Shown one piece after another: positions 21,334 to 30,815 of a stretch of 64,000 nt of DNA. The notes under the pieces were generated by a model, which worked only from the letters and a program-made list of their open reading frames with translations, did no database searches and was not told the DNA's origin. Origin of the DNA: an uncultured bacterium (GTDB lineage: Bacteria; Acidobacteriota; HRBIN11; JAKEFK01). Location of the stretch: positions 256,001 to 320,000 of the forward strand of contig CAVZQN010000004.1 in NCBI GenBank assembly GCA_963777505.1, written 5' to 3'. Numbering within the stretch: the stretch's first letter is position 1; each line of letters opens with the position of its first letter. Both the position numbers and the translations under genes were made by a program.

Positions 21334-22295
21334 AGCGAGCAGCAACAATTTTACTGATTGTCATATTTGCTTCGTGTGCAATCAAAAAAGTAGAAACAGC
21401 AAAGTCGCTTTATATGCAAGCACGCGCCTCTCAAGAAAGCGGTGAAGATCTGGCAGCAATTGCTACCTGGAAATCAGTAGCCGAAATGGCAGGGAAAGAG
21501 ATTGAAGCAGGAAAATACATAAATACAAATTTGATCCTAAGGGCCTCTGCTTACGTCGAACTTGGAGAGTGGGATCGCGCATTCGAGGATTTGAAGAACA
21601 TAAAAGCAGAAGAGTTGCGCGATGAAGAACTGTGGATTTATCCAATGTATTCAATCCTGATGGGTGATTATTTCGCAAAACAAAGTATGCCTTCGGTTGC
21701 TGAAAATTTTTATCAATCGATTCTTCGGAAATCAGCATTCAAATCATCTTCAATATTTCTACTCGCTCTGGAAAGGCATGTTAACAATTCAATTCAGGTA
21801 ATTCAGCAGCGAGCCTTATCCAGTAAAGACCCTGAGAAATACAAAACGAAAGAATATGAAACGTTGTTGAAGGAAATCGAGAAGTACGTTGAGGAATTTC
21901 CAGAAAGCAGTGTTTCACATTATTTAATGGCGGATTTACTTTGGAAACAAAAGCAAGCAGATGCTGCTATTGAACATTTCCTTGCATCTCTTGAACTAGG
22001 TTTGCCGACGAAAGACTTTAAGAAGAGTGCCGAATTTGAAATTGCTTCGATTCTGACTGATTATGAAATTTCACCCTCACTACGGCCTGCTATTCTAAAA
22101 CGCGCTGTAGGTTGGTGGCCTGTAAACGCTGATGAATCGATATTTAAAGCTGGTGAAAATACGGCAGATTGGCTTTCGAAACAAGAATTCATCCGGCCTC
22201 CTGAGGGTTTAAATACTGATGCGACGTTGCGCATCAGATATCTTGCGATTTCAAATGGAGAGAAGCTTAAAATTTTATTATGGGAGAAATTGTGA
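21330..22295 (+). CDS. TPR-like lipoprotein
   Basis: Lipobox FASC, helical repeats. Confidence 0.7.
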   Translation: MKRAATILLIVIFASCAIKKVETAKSLYMQARASQESGEDLAAIATWKSVAEMAGKEIEAGKYINTNLILRASAYVELGEWDRAFEDLKNIKAEELRDEELWIYPMYSILMGDYFAKQSMPSVAENFYQSILRKSAFKSSSIFLLALERHVNNSIQVIQQRALSSKDPEKYKTKEYETLLKEIEKYVEEFPESSVSHYLMADLLWKQKQADAAIEHFLASLELGLPTKDFKKSAEFEIASILTDYEISPSLRPAILKRAVGWWPVNADESIFKAGENTADWLSKQEFIRPPEGLNTDATLRIRYLAISNGEKLKILLWEKL

Positions 22296-22696
22296 AGCGG
22301 CCTTATAACTGCTATCTGACGGCAGATGTCATTGTTCATGCAGGCAATGAAATCCTGCTCGTTCGTAGAAAGATTGAACCGTTCCAGGGCTCATGGTGCA
22401 TTCCGGGCGGATTTGTGGAACAGGATGAAAAAATTCTTGATGCGGCGTTGCGCGAACTTCAAGAAGAAACCGGGATTGAAAATGTTTCGATTACTCCGTT
22501 CGGTACTTATGGTGATCCAGGGCGGGATCCGCGCGGACGTACAGTCACCGCGGTGTTTGTGACTCGTTTAAATGAAAAGCCACACACACAGGCTGGTGAT
22601 GATGCTGCGGAATGCGGTTGGTTTTCTTTGGATGACCTTCCGCCGATGGCATTCGATCATAAAAAAGTTTTGGAAGACTATCGCTGCAGTTTGTAA
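22292..22696 (+). CDS. NUDIX hydrolase (ADP-ribose pyrophosphatase-like)
   Basis: Nudix box PGGFVEQDE...AALRELQEETG, RDPRGR, AGDDA, AFDH. Confidence 0.92.
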   Translation: MKRPYNCYLTADVIVHAGNEILLVRRKIEPFQGSWCIPGGFVEQDEKILDAALRELQEETGIENVSITPFGTYGDPGRDPRGRTVTAVFVTRLNEKPHTQAGDDAAECGWFSLDDLPPMAFDHKKVLEDYRCSL

Positions 22697-22775
22697 CGCT
22701 GGCCTCTGGCTGATCCAGAAATCTAACCACGATGTAACAGAGGCCGCGCAGCGGACAAACAGAAATGAATGAAAA

Positions 22776-22928
22776 TAGCCCCCAGCGTAAGCTTGGGGTC
22801 AATTGGAGTGTAACGATTTAGCCTGCCGAAAGCGGGCGTAAGAGTTTTCATAGTGACTGGTCTTTCGCCCGCTTGAAGCGGGCAGGTTCTTTTCTCGTCC
22901 TTTTACCCCCGGCTTACGCCGGGGGCTA
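22776..22928. repeat. REPIN-like nested palindromic element
   Basis: tagcccccagcgtaagcttgggg is inverted against cccccggcttacgccgggggcta; internal gcccgcttgaagcgggc hairpin. Confidence 0.7.
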
Positions 22929-23035
22929 GGGATTTTTAAAGCTGTTCACGAAGATGCACGAAGTCTGAATTGTATTTAGTAAAATCTTCGTGACTCTTCG
23001 TGATCTTCGTGGTTTAAAATTAGGAAGCTTCAATC

Positions 23036-23761
23036 ATGTCTATACGTAAAGCGACCTCTCTAAGAAAGTCAGCGGAATCATTTTTAGATTTTCTGGACAG
23101 CTGGATTGCAGACCTTCCGGTCATTTCCATGAAATCGGTTTTAAAGAATTTCGGTCCCGAAGAAACTGCAATTACATGTGTCGATGTCGTAAATGGTTTT
23201 TGCAAAGAAGGAAATCTTGCTTCACCGCGCATTGGCCGTATCGTCAATCCTATCGTTCAACTGCTGAGGAATGCAGAGCAGCATGGCATCAATTACTATT
23301 TACTGCCTCAAGACAATCATCCGGAGGATAGTAAGGAATTCGAGATATATCCGCGGCATTGCATGGAAGGATCTGTTGAATCAAAAACGGTACAAGAGAT
23401 TAGCGATCTGCCGAACGCTTTTAAGTTTAAGGTAATTCCAAAAACAACGATCAATCCTGGCCTTGAAAAGGAATTACAGATGTGGGTTGAGCAAAACCCT
23501 GAAGTATCCCAGTTTATCGTGACTGGCGATTGTACCGATTTATGCGTCTATCATCTTGCGATGTATTTAAAGCTGCAAGCAATCAAAAAAGAAAAAGGAT
23601 CTTCTGTGATCGTGCCGGCTAACTGCGTGGATACTTTTGACCTCGGGATGGAGATGTATCGCAACGAAGGTGTACCGCCGCATCCGGCAGATTTATTCCA
23701 TGCGATTTTCCTGTATCATTTGCACTTGAACGGCATTCGGATTGTGGCACGTATTGAATGA
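23036..23761 (+). CDS. Isochorismatase-family cysteine hydrolase (nicotinamidase-like)
   Basis: VDVVNGFC, DNH, YPRHC, K, TGDCTDLCV catalytic Cys. Confidence 0.85.
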   Translation: MSIRKATSLRKSAESFLDFLDSWIADLPVISMKSVLKNFGPEETAITCVDVVNGFCKEGNLASPRIGRIVNPIVQLLRNAEQHGINYYLLPQDNHPEDSKEFEIYPRHCMEGSVESKTVQEISDLPNAFKFKVIPKTTINPGLEKELQMWVEQNPEVSQFIVTGDCTDLCVYHLAMYLKLQAIKKEKGSSVIVPANCVDTFDLGMEMYRNEGVPPHPADLFHAIFLYHLHLNGIRIVARIE

Positions 23762-24036
23762 AAGGCGTCTATTGGCTCGCGTTTATGATGTTCTTGGGTC
23801 TTGTCATCATGGCATATTCATCCCACAGGATGATGAATATTCTTCAAGAACGGAATTTGACGTCACCTGCGGGTGCACAATCAAGACAACAGGATCCTCA
23901 GATCCCTTCCATTATGGTGGCTGATCCGGACATTCAGCCTTACCTTACTGGAAGCTTTTTTGGTGCTGCACTATTTATGGTGGGCGCAATTGGTGGAGTT
24001 ATTGCAATTGTTAAAGCATACACAAGGCGGTTTTGA
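23758..24036 (+). CDS. Small hypothetical membrane protein
   Basis: Two TM segments, overlaps both neighbours. Confidence 0.6.
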   Translation: MKGVYWLAFMMFLGLVIMAYSSHRMMNILQERNLTSPAGAQSRQQDPQIPSIMVADPDIQPYLTGSFFGAALFMVGAIGGVIAIVKAYTRRF

Positions 24037-24038
24037 AA

Positions 24039-24473
24039 ATGATTGAGGTAAAGTTTACCAAGCTTCGCGCAGATGCACGGATTCCAGAATATAAATCGAG
24101 CGAGGCAGCCGGTGCAGATCTATATGCATGTCTTTCGGAGCCAATTTCGGTTGCAGGATTTGGAATTATTTTGGTTCCTACGGGTCTGGCGATAGAAATT
24201 CCTTCCGGGTATCAAGGTGAAGTCCGCGCCCGAAGCGGTTTGGCTTTAAAAGAAGGTTTATTTGTTTTGAATGGTCCAGGAACGATTGATTCAGATTACA
24301 GGGGTGAATTAAAAGTAATTCTCGCAAACTTTACTTCCGAAACGAAAGTAATTCATCCAATGGATCGCATTGCTCAGTTGTTGATCATGCCTGTAGTGCG
24401 CGCGAGTTTTGTCGAAGCCGAGCTATCGGAAACCGCGCGCCATTCGAACGGATTCGGTTCAACCGGTAAATAA
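24039..24473 (+). CDS. dut: dUTP diphosphatase
   Basis: AAGADL, RARSGLA, GTIDSDYRGE, RIAQL, GFGSTG. Confidence 0.96.
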   Translation: MIEVKFTKLRADARIPEYKSSEAAGADLYACLSEPISVAGFGIILVPTGLAIEIPSGYQGEVRARSGLALKEGLFVLNGPGTIDSDYRGELKVILANFTSETKVIHPMDRIAQLLIMPVVRASFVEAELSETARHSNGFGSTGK

Positions 24474-24575
24474 GTGCTGAACAATGAGTCATGAGGGCTG
24501 AGTTTTCTTCACTCATTTGCTCATTACTCAGCACTTAGTGCTAAAATCCGAGTATCACTTCCTGGAGGAATCATC

Positions 24576-24788
24576 ATGGATTTTCGAGATGAAATTGCAG
24601 ATCTCGCTTACGAACTTTATGTAAATAGCGGTTATATCGAAGGCCGCGATAATGAAAATTGGCTGGAAGCTGAGCGCATTATTCTTGCGCGTCATCGTTT
24701 GCAAGATAAACCTGTTGAAACAAAAAAGAAGCGGGTTATGAGATCAAAGGGTAAAAAGGATAAATCAAACGAATCGAATATCGCATAA
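24576..24788 (+). CDS. DUF2934-family protein
   Basis: IADLAYELY...G...ENWLEAE; GGAGG RBS. Confidence 0.8.
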   Translation: MDFRDEIADLAYELYVNSGYIEGRDNENWLEAERIILARHRLQDKPVETKKKRVMRSKGKKDKSNESNIA

Positions 24789-24817
24789 ATTCAGTATTCA
24801 GCAGGTAAATATCAAAT

Positions 24818-25582
24818 TTGGATAACTTAAAAAGACAGGAGGCGCTCGAAAGAGAACATTCTCCTGACGTTATCGCCGAACGTTTAGCAGCAAAGCGTCA
24901 TCATAGTTATTTAGGTGATGCAGTTCTTGGGGCAATTGATGGTTGTGTGACAACCTTTGCCGTGGTTTCCGGAGTTGTCGGCGCAAATTTACCTCACCGT
25001 GTTGTTGTTATCTTAGGCTTTGCAAATTTGCTGGCAGATGGTTTTAGCATGGCAGTCGGAAATTATCAGAAAAGTAAAAGCGACCGCCAGCGTGTGGATC
25101 AATTCAGAAGAATTGAGTCACAACATATTGATGATGTTCCAGAGGGTGAACGCGAAGAAATCCGCCAGATTTTTAAGCGTAAAGGCTTTGAAGGACCAGT
25201 TCTGGAAGAAATCGTGTCGGTTATCACAAAGGACCGTGAACAGTGGATTGATACGATGCTCACTGAAGAACTTGGTTTGCAATTAGAAAGTGCCTCACCG
25301 ATCAAAAGTGCACTGACCACATTTGCAGCTTTTATTATTCTTGGTTTAATCCCGATCTTGCCTTTTATGCTTCCATTGAATTTACAGCCTCAAAGTATTT
25401 TTATTGCAAGTGCGATTGCGACCAGTATCGCGTTCTTTGTCATTGGAATACTGAAAGGTCGTGAGCTTGAACAACCTGCGTTGCGCTCGGGTCTGGAAAC
25501 ACTGGTTATGGGGTGTTGTGCGGCCGCGTTGGCTTATGGTGTTGGCGTATGGCTGCGTTCATTCGCCGGAACAACCGAATAA
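24818..25582 (+). CDS. VIT1/CCC1 family Fe/Mn transporter
   Basis: GAIDGCVTTFAVV, ANLLADGFSMAVGNY, EREE, EELG. Confidence 0.92.
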   Translation: MDNLKRQEALEREHSPDVIAERLAAKRHHSYLGDAVLGAIDGCVTTFAVVSGVVGANLPHRVVVILGFANLLADGFSMAVGNYQKSKSDRQRVDQFRRIESQHIDDVPEGEREEIRQIFKRKGFEGPVLEEIVSVITKDREQWIDTMLTEELGLQLESASPIKSALTTFAAFIILGLIPILPFMLPLNLQPQSIFIASAIATSIAFFVIGILKGRELEQPALRSGLETLVMGCCAAALAYGVGVWLRSFAGTTE

Positions 25583-25606
25583 TTACAATTCACGAAGGGA
25601 ATTTTC

Positions 25607-25873
25607 ATGAAAACATTTTGGATTACATTTGCCACTCTATTTGTAGCAGAACTTGGAGATAAGACCCAGCTTTCTGTTATCACTTTAACTTCAAAAACCG
25701 GCGAAGCATGGAAAGTGTTTTTTGGTGCTGCTTCCGCACTCGTTTTAGTTACACTGCTTGGCGTGTTACTCGGCGAAACTCTCGTACGTTACGTTCCTGA
25801 AATGGTAATCAAAAGAGTTGCCGCTGCAGCATTCGTGATCATCGGCGTACTCATGTTCTTCAACAAACTGTAA
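25607..25873 (+). CDS. TMEM165/GDT1 (UPF0016) single-repeat Mn/Ca transporter
   Basis: AELGDKTQL motif, three TM helices. Confidence 0.9.
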   Translation: MKTFWITFATLFVAELGDKTQLSVITLTSKTGEAWKVFFGAASALVLVTLLGVLLGETLVRYVPEMVIKRVAAAAFVIIGVLMFFNKL

Positions 25874-25985
25874 CGGAGCGCGGACATCCTTGTCCGCATT
25901 AAGGGCCGCAGGCATCTTGCCTGCAAGAAAATTTGCGGACTGGAAGTCCGCGGCCCGTAATGCAGGCTAGAAGCCTGCGCTCCGT
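25873..25985. repeat. REPIN-like element, family A (four hairpins)
   Basis: Inverted ends acggagcgc...gcgctccgt; arms match 11139-11190 and 56403-56483. Confidence 0.8.
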
Positions 25986-26033
25986 AAGTTTTTGTGTCTT
26001 TGCGGTTTAAGCCGTCCGTGATTAAATCTCGGG

Positions 26034-26939
26034 ATGCGCTTCGGAAATTTCACCCGTGTAGATCTGATGCTTCTGCTGATGGTGATATTTTGGGGCGCAA
26101 ATATTACTATCATCAAAGTCGCGCTTAAAAATTTCCATCCGATTGCATTCAATTGCTTAAGGTTTCTCATTGCAACAGCCACTTTATCGCTCATTCATAA
26201 AAGAATTTTTGCGGACCGCATTGAAAAACAGGACTGGGCATGGCTCATCCTTCTCGGTCTTTTGGGCAATACTGTTTATCAGTTCCTCTTTATATATAGC
26301 GTGAAATTTACGCATGTTTCACACGTTGCAATTTTGCTCGCAACGACTCCTATTTTTACTGCAGCTATCAGCAAAGGGATGGGATTTGAGCAGGTTGGCG
26401 CAAGAATATGGTTTGGAATTTTTCTTTCTTTTGCTGGTGTAATGCTGATTGTTTTTGGTGGCAAGGAGTTTAGTTTTGGAAACGTTTCATCTTTGATTGG
26501 AGATGCATTTATTATTGGTGCCTCTCTGGTCTGGAGTATTTATACGGTTTTTAGCCGAAGAATCATAGAAAGGTATTCTTCATGGCATTACATCGTTTAT
26601 ACAATCGCTTTTGGAACACTCTTTATGCTGCCTATTTCAATTCCAGCGGTGATCCGGCAGGATTATTCGCTTTTAGGATGGACTGAATGGCTTGCATTGT
26701 TTTACGCCGCCTTACTCGCACTTGTGTTTGGATATTCAGCCTGGTATTACGGCGTTGATAAAATAGGAAGCACACGCACTTCTATCTATTCGAGTCTCAC
26801 TCCTGTCGCGGGCGTAGGATTAGGGATGATTTTTCTCGGCGAAAGATTGTCGCTTCTTCAATGGCTCGGATCAGCCATCATTTTCGGCGGGCTGATGATC
26901 AATCGATTTGCGAAACGCGAAACGTGTCCACCTGAGTGA
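26034..26939 (+). CDS. DMT/EamA family transporter
   Basis: Ten TM helices, IFWG, two EamA repeats, LGERL. Confidence 0.92.
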   Translation: MRFGNFTRVDLMLLLMVIFWGANITIIKVALKNFHPIAFNCLRFLIATATLSLIHKRIFADRIEKQDWAWLILLGLLGNTVYQFLFIYSVKFTHVSHVAILLATTPIFTAAISKGMGFEQVGARIWFGIFLSFAGVMLIVFGGKEFSFGNVSSLIGDAFIIGASLVWSIYTVFSRRIIERYSSWHYIVYTIAFGTLFMLPISIPAVIRQDYSLLGWTEWLALFYAALLALVFGYSAWYYGVDKIGSTRTSIYSSLTPVAGVGLGMIFLGERLSLLQWLGSAIIFGGLMINRFAKRETCPPE

Positions 26940-26976
26940 ATTTCAATCTGAAATCTTACATCTGAAATCTGAAATT

Positions 26977-27159
26977 CTATTGCGCCCAGTCATCCTCAGG
27001 TGGAGGAGCCTGATGAAGCGACATCGGTTGATTCTCCATTAGATGAGTAACCAATCGGCTGCTGCAGTCCCAACAGTATAGAATTTCGGAATCTTCGGTG
27101 TAGCCTTCAATCGGGATCTCGGCATGACAAACAGGACAAACACCATTTAAACTATTCAT
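26977..27159 (-). CDS. lysW: LysW-like zinc-ribbon amino-group carrier homolog with atypical C-terminus (EDDWAQ)
   Basis: CPVC...E-ILYCWDC...AP..EDDW pattern mirrors LysW (CPEC...CEDC...APEEAEDWGE); GGAGG RBS. Confidence 0.7.
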   Translation of the reverse strand: MNSLNGVCPVCHAEIPIEGYTEDSEILYCWDCSSRLVTHLMENQPMSLHQAPPPEDDWAQ

Positions 27160-27268
27160 CCCAACTTCCTCCAGTCGAATCAATACCGGTAATCTTATGT
27201 TACTGATTTCTGGCGTCAATTTTCTTACGAAAATTTACAAAATTCGTTAAATTTGTTAAAAATTGAAC

Positions 27269-27931
27269 ATGATTACAATTCCAGAAGCCGTCGAAAGTAT
27301 CGTTCATAAAATTCCATTCTTAGAAGCGGGTCTTGCAGGAGGGATTCTGAATCTTTCCGCACTTGCAAGAGTGATCAGACCTGAAGTGAAGAAAATGATT
27401 TACAAAGATGTTACAGAAGCTTCCATCATCATGGCTTTGAGGCGGCTTCCGGTAAAGAAAGGATCGCTGCGGAATTTAAGGAAAGGACATTGGAAAGAAT
27501 ATGAAATGATCGTACGATCCAATCTAGCGGAATTTACTGTTTTCAATTCGGACCTGAGCGCTTCAAAATACAAAAATTTGTTGCAGCTAATTGACGTTCA
27601 AAAAGGGCACTTCTTTACAGTTACGCAAGGTATTTTTCAAACAACGATCATCACAAGCAAGGATCTTGAAAAGCAGGTTCTAAAAATTTTGGCGCGAGTA
27701 AAAATTGTTTCTCGCTTTTCGAATCTGTCATCAATTACTTTGAGGCTGAGTCAGGAAACGGTCAAAACCCCCGGTGCCTATTATTTTATTTTGATGCAAC
27801 TAGCCTGGCATGGTATTAATTTGATCGAAGTCGTATCCACATTTACAGAATTCACTGTCATCCTAAACGAAAAAGAAGTCGACCGCGCATTTTCAGCCCT
27901 GAAAGGCTCTTTACCTGAGTATCTGCTTTAG
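27269..27931 (+). CDS. ACT-domain protein with N-terminal HTH-like region (putative amino-acid-responsive regulator)
   Basis: LNLSALAR...IIMALRR N-terminus; C-terminal ACT (TPG...GINLIEVVSTFTE...VDRAFSAL). Confidence 0.7.
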   Translation: MITIPEAVESIVHKIPFLEAGLAGGILNLSALARVIRPEVKKMIYKDVTEASIIMALRRLPVKKGSLRNLRKGHWKEYEMIVRSNLAEFTVFNSDLSASKYKNLLQLIDVQKGHFFTVTQGIFQTTIITSKDLEKQVLKILARVKIVSRFSNLSSITLRLSQETVKTPGAYYFILMQLAWHGINLIEVVSTFTEFTVILNEKEVDRAFSALKGSLPEYLL

Positions 27932-28096
27932 TCCTGTAAATACTGATATTTGCAAAAGCCTGATCCAATTTTGAGACACATTTGACAATTTTTGTGTCGT
28001 CTTTTTGGGGACAAGGGATGGAATAATTTTACGATACTGAGGTCAGAGATGCAGGAATAGTTTCCTCCATGTGATGAGGAGTGGTGAGGAGGAAAC

Positions 28097-28675
28097 ATGA
28101 AAAGGGTTTTTATCTTGCTTGTGGTTCTAATTTTGCCGCAGGTTGGTTTCTCTGATGAAGGATCGATTTCGGCGCTTCAATTAAAAACGAAATCACGCGC
28201 TGTAAAAACAATTCCAAGCATGTATGATGCTGGAATCAACACTGCGCAAGTCGAACGATTACAATACCGAACCTATTTCATCCTATTGAACTCTACAAAC
28301 GGCCAATATGAGTTACAGGTATACAAGCTTGTGCGATATGGAAACAAACAAGTAAACAGCATTTTTGCGTCACAGTTCGAATCCAGCGTGGAATATGCGT
28401 ATTCTTACGAAGCTTCAGGGGACAGAATCAGAAGGGATCACTTCCTGTATCCGCCAGATTCTTTAACTGGTTGGGCGAACCCAACTGATTATGTAACCGT
28501 GAAAGAGTTTGTTTGGAAGGAAGCATTTCCTGCTAAGAATTGTACGCGGAATGTATATACAAGCGAACAGTATAACCGCGAATATCTAGAAGCTTCCTGT
28601 TTTCGAGATCGGGATAGTGCACTCCGGTTTGGCAAAAAATTTGTTGATTATGTTTTAGGAAACCGCGGAATGTAA
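28097..28675 (+). CDS. Hypothetical secreted protein
   Basis: AGGAGG RBS, signal peptide. Confidence 0.7.
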   Translation: MKRVFILLVVLILPQVGFSDEGSISALQLKTKSRAVKTIPSMYDAGINTAQVERLQYRTYFILLNSTNGQYELQVYKLVRYGNKQVNSIFASQFESSVEYAYSYEASGDRIRRDHFLYPPDSLTGWANPTDYVTVKEFVWKEAFPAKNCTRNVYTSEQYNREYLEASCFRDRDSALRFGKKFVDYVLGNRGM

Positions 28676-28793
28676 AACAGACCCGGCAATTTCTTATTCA
28701 TATTGGAATCTGCATATTTCAGACATATCTTGGCTACTGGTGTCCTTTCAAAACGGCGGGTCTTGGATCCGCCGTACTATAGGAGTCATGCCG

Positions 28794-29318
28794 ATGAACA
28801 AGAAAAGTACGACGAAAGATCTGACCGAAGAAGAGATTGAAAAAGCTGAAGAATCGGGTGAGCGTGTTTCTGGTGAACCGGAGCAAAATCTTGCAGCAAT
28901 CGGTGCTGGAGGAATTGCGTCTGCTGCAGCAGGAGCCGCAATTGGTACTGCTGTAGGAGGTCCTATTGGCGGCGCCATCGGGGCAGCTGCAGGCGCAATC
29001 GTAGGCGGAGCAGCCGGGGATGCGATTGCAGATAATTTTGATCCGAAAATCGAAGAGGTGTATTGGCAGGAAAATTTCAGGAATCGACCTTATTACAAAC
29101 AAGGTGACAAATACGAAGACTATCTGCCTGCATATCGATTCGGATGGGAATCTGCGATCCGCGATGAATATAACGACCGGAACTTTGACGCACTTGAATC
29201 AGACTTACGCACTGATTGGGAAAAGCAGCAAAAGCCATACCGCAACTGGGATGATGCACGTGCAATGATCGAAGAAGGGTTTGTTAGAATTCGCAATCAG
29301 CGATTGAAGAAAAAATGA
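28794..29318 (+). CDS. Glycine-zipper-containing stress-type protein
   Basis: GAAIG repeats, then YWQENF...YEDYLPAYRFGWE. Confidence 0.7.
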   Translation: MNKKSTTKDLTEEEIEKAEESGERVSGEPEQNLAAIGAGGIASAAAGAAIGTAVGGPIGGAIGAAAGAIVGGAAGDAIADNFDPKIEEVYWQENFRNRPYYKQGDKYEDYLPAYRFGWESAIRDEYNDRNFDALESDLRTDWEKQQKPYRNWDDARAMIEEGFVRIRNQRLKKK

Positions 29319-29369
29319 TTGTCGATCCGCCTTCTGGCTATTAAGCTGGTAGTAGTTTGGAGGAAAATC

Positions 29370-30080
29370 ATGCGACAAGTCTTTGCCATCCTGCTGATAT
29401 TGATTCCAGTAATAGCGCTGACTCGCGACGAAAGTAGTTCCGAAAAGCGAACGACAGCAACAATTCGCGTTCAAGGAGAGGCACAGGTACAGGCGAAACC
29501 GGATCGCGCTCAAATCGATATTGGTGTAATGACTGAATCACAAGATCCACAAACTGCCGCAGCACAAAACGCCCAAAAATCAGATCGTGTTATCCAGCAA
29601 ATGCGGACGCAACTCGGTCAGAATTTGGAAATCAAAACAATCGGGTACTCACTCAATCCAAAATACGACTATCCAAAAGAAGGGGGCGAACCTAAGGTCA
29701 CGGGTTACATAGCAGTCAACACACTTCAGGTGCAGACGGATGAGCTTGCGCAGGCTGGAAAAATTATTGATGCTGCGACAAAAGCCGGAGCGAATCAGAT
29801 CAATTCACTTCAATTCATTCTGAAGGATGAAGTCGAAGTTCAAAAAGAGGCCCTCCGAGTTGCCGCTCTTAAAGCAAGAGGCAAAGCGGATGGACTTGCA
29901 AATGCACTCGGCGTAAAGATTGTGCGTGTTTTGCACGTTGAAGAAGGCACAGCCGGTGTAATTCCACTTCAAGCAAAAGCGATGGGGTTTGAAGCTGCGC
30001 AAATGGATGTCCCCACTCCTATTGAACCAGGTACGATTGAAATCAGTGCTACAGTGACATTAACTCTGGAAATTCAATAG
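29370..30080 (+). CDS. SIMPL (DUF541) domain protein
   Basis: Signal peptide, TIRVQGEA...PDRA, GANQI, PIEPG...SATVT. Confidence 0.9.
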   Translation: MRQVFAILLILIPVIALTRDESSSEKRTTATIRVQGEAQVQAKPDRAQIDIGVMTESQDPQTAAAQNAQKSDRVIQQMRTQLGQNLEIKTIGYSLNPKYDYPKEGGEPKVTGYIAVNTLQVQTDELAQAGKIIDAATKAGANQINSLQFILKDEVEVQKEALRVAALKARGKADGLANALGVKIVRVLHVEEGTAGVIPLQAKAMGFEAAQMDVPTPIEPGTIEISATVTLTLEIQ

Positions 30081-30124
30081 TTTCAAAAAGCCGCCACAAC
30101 TGAACTGGTATGCGGTACTATTTT

Positions 30125-30724
30125 ATGATGCGCCTCATTCAGATCTGTGGATCTCTGGCTCTTGCTTTGATGTTTTTGTCTTGTAACTCCGAACAAAGAG
30201 AAAAGTTATCAAACCTCTTTGAGAAAGAGTCCGGTGGAAATATCAAAACAATTCGCAGCACAGAAGGATGCTGCGAAATTCGTGTGCCGGGCAGCTGGAA
30301 AGAAGATAAAGAGTTAAATGACCAGGCGAATATACAAGCATCCAATCGGATGAAAGAGCTTTATGTCATTGTGCTTTCTGAATCGAAGGAAAATTTCGAA
30401 AATATGAATCTTGAAAATCATTCAAAATTAACTCGATCGGAATTCCTTAAAAGCTTGAGTTCACCTCAGACCATTGGGCCGGTATCAGTGACAGTAAACA
30501 ATAATCCGGGTGTGCAGTATGAAATTTTCGGCGGAACTAACAATGTTAAGATCGCTGCGCTGCATACAACAGTGGAAACGGAAAAGCACTTTCATCAGAT
30601 CCTGGCATGGACGATTAAATCAAGGGCCGACAAAAACAAGCCCATCCTTCAAAACGTAATCCAGAGCTTTAAAGAGAGTGGGTCTAGCGAGAGAAGAAGT
30701 ATCCCTGCGCCCAAGCCAAATTAA
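30125..30724 (+). CDS. Hypothetical lipoprotein (PsbP/DcrB-like fold possible)
   Basis: Lipobox FLSC, VPGSW, terminal IQSFK. Confidence 0.65.
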   Translation: MMRLIQICGSLALALMFLSCNSEQREKLSNLFEKESGGNIKTIRSTEGCCEIRVPGSWKEDKELNDQANIQASNRMKELYVIVLSESKENFENMNLENHSKLTRSEFLKSLSSPQTIGPVSVTVNNNPGVQYEIFGGTNNVKIAALHTTVETEKHFHQILAWTIKSRADKNKPILQNVIQSFKESGSSERRSIPAPKPN

Positions 30725-30727
30725 TAG

Positions 30728-30771
30728 TGAGGCTCGGGTCTGCGGTGGTGAGGTGCGAGACCCGAGCCTCA
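30728..30771 (+). terminator. Strong hairpin after lipoprotein gene
   Basis: Perfect 14-bp stem tgaggctcgggtct/agacccgagcctca; weak U-tract. Confidence 0.5.
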
Positions 30772-30815
30772 GACGATTTGTCAACTTTGCGTCTTTGTGG
30801 TGAAATCTTCAGGAA

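Noticed and set aside
24818-25873. VIT1 plus half-size GDT1 as a novel metal system
   Set aside because: Both are known Mn/Fe exporter families and single-repeat UPF0016 proteins are already described
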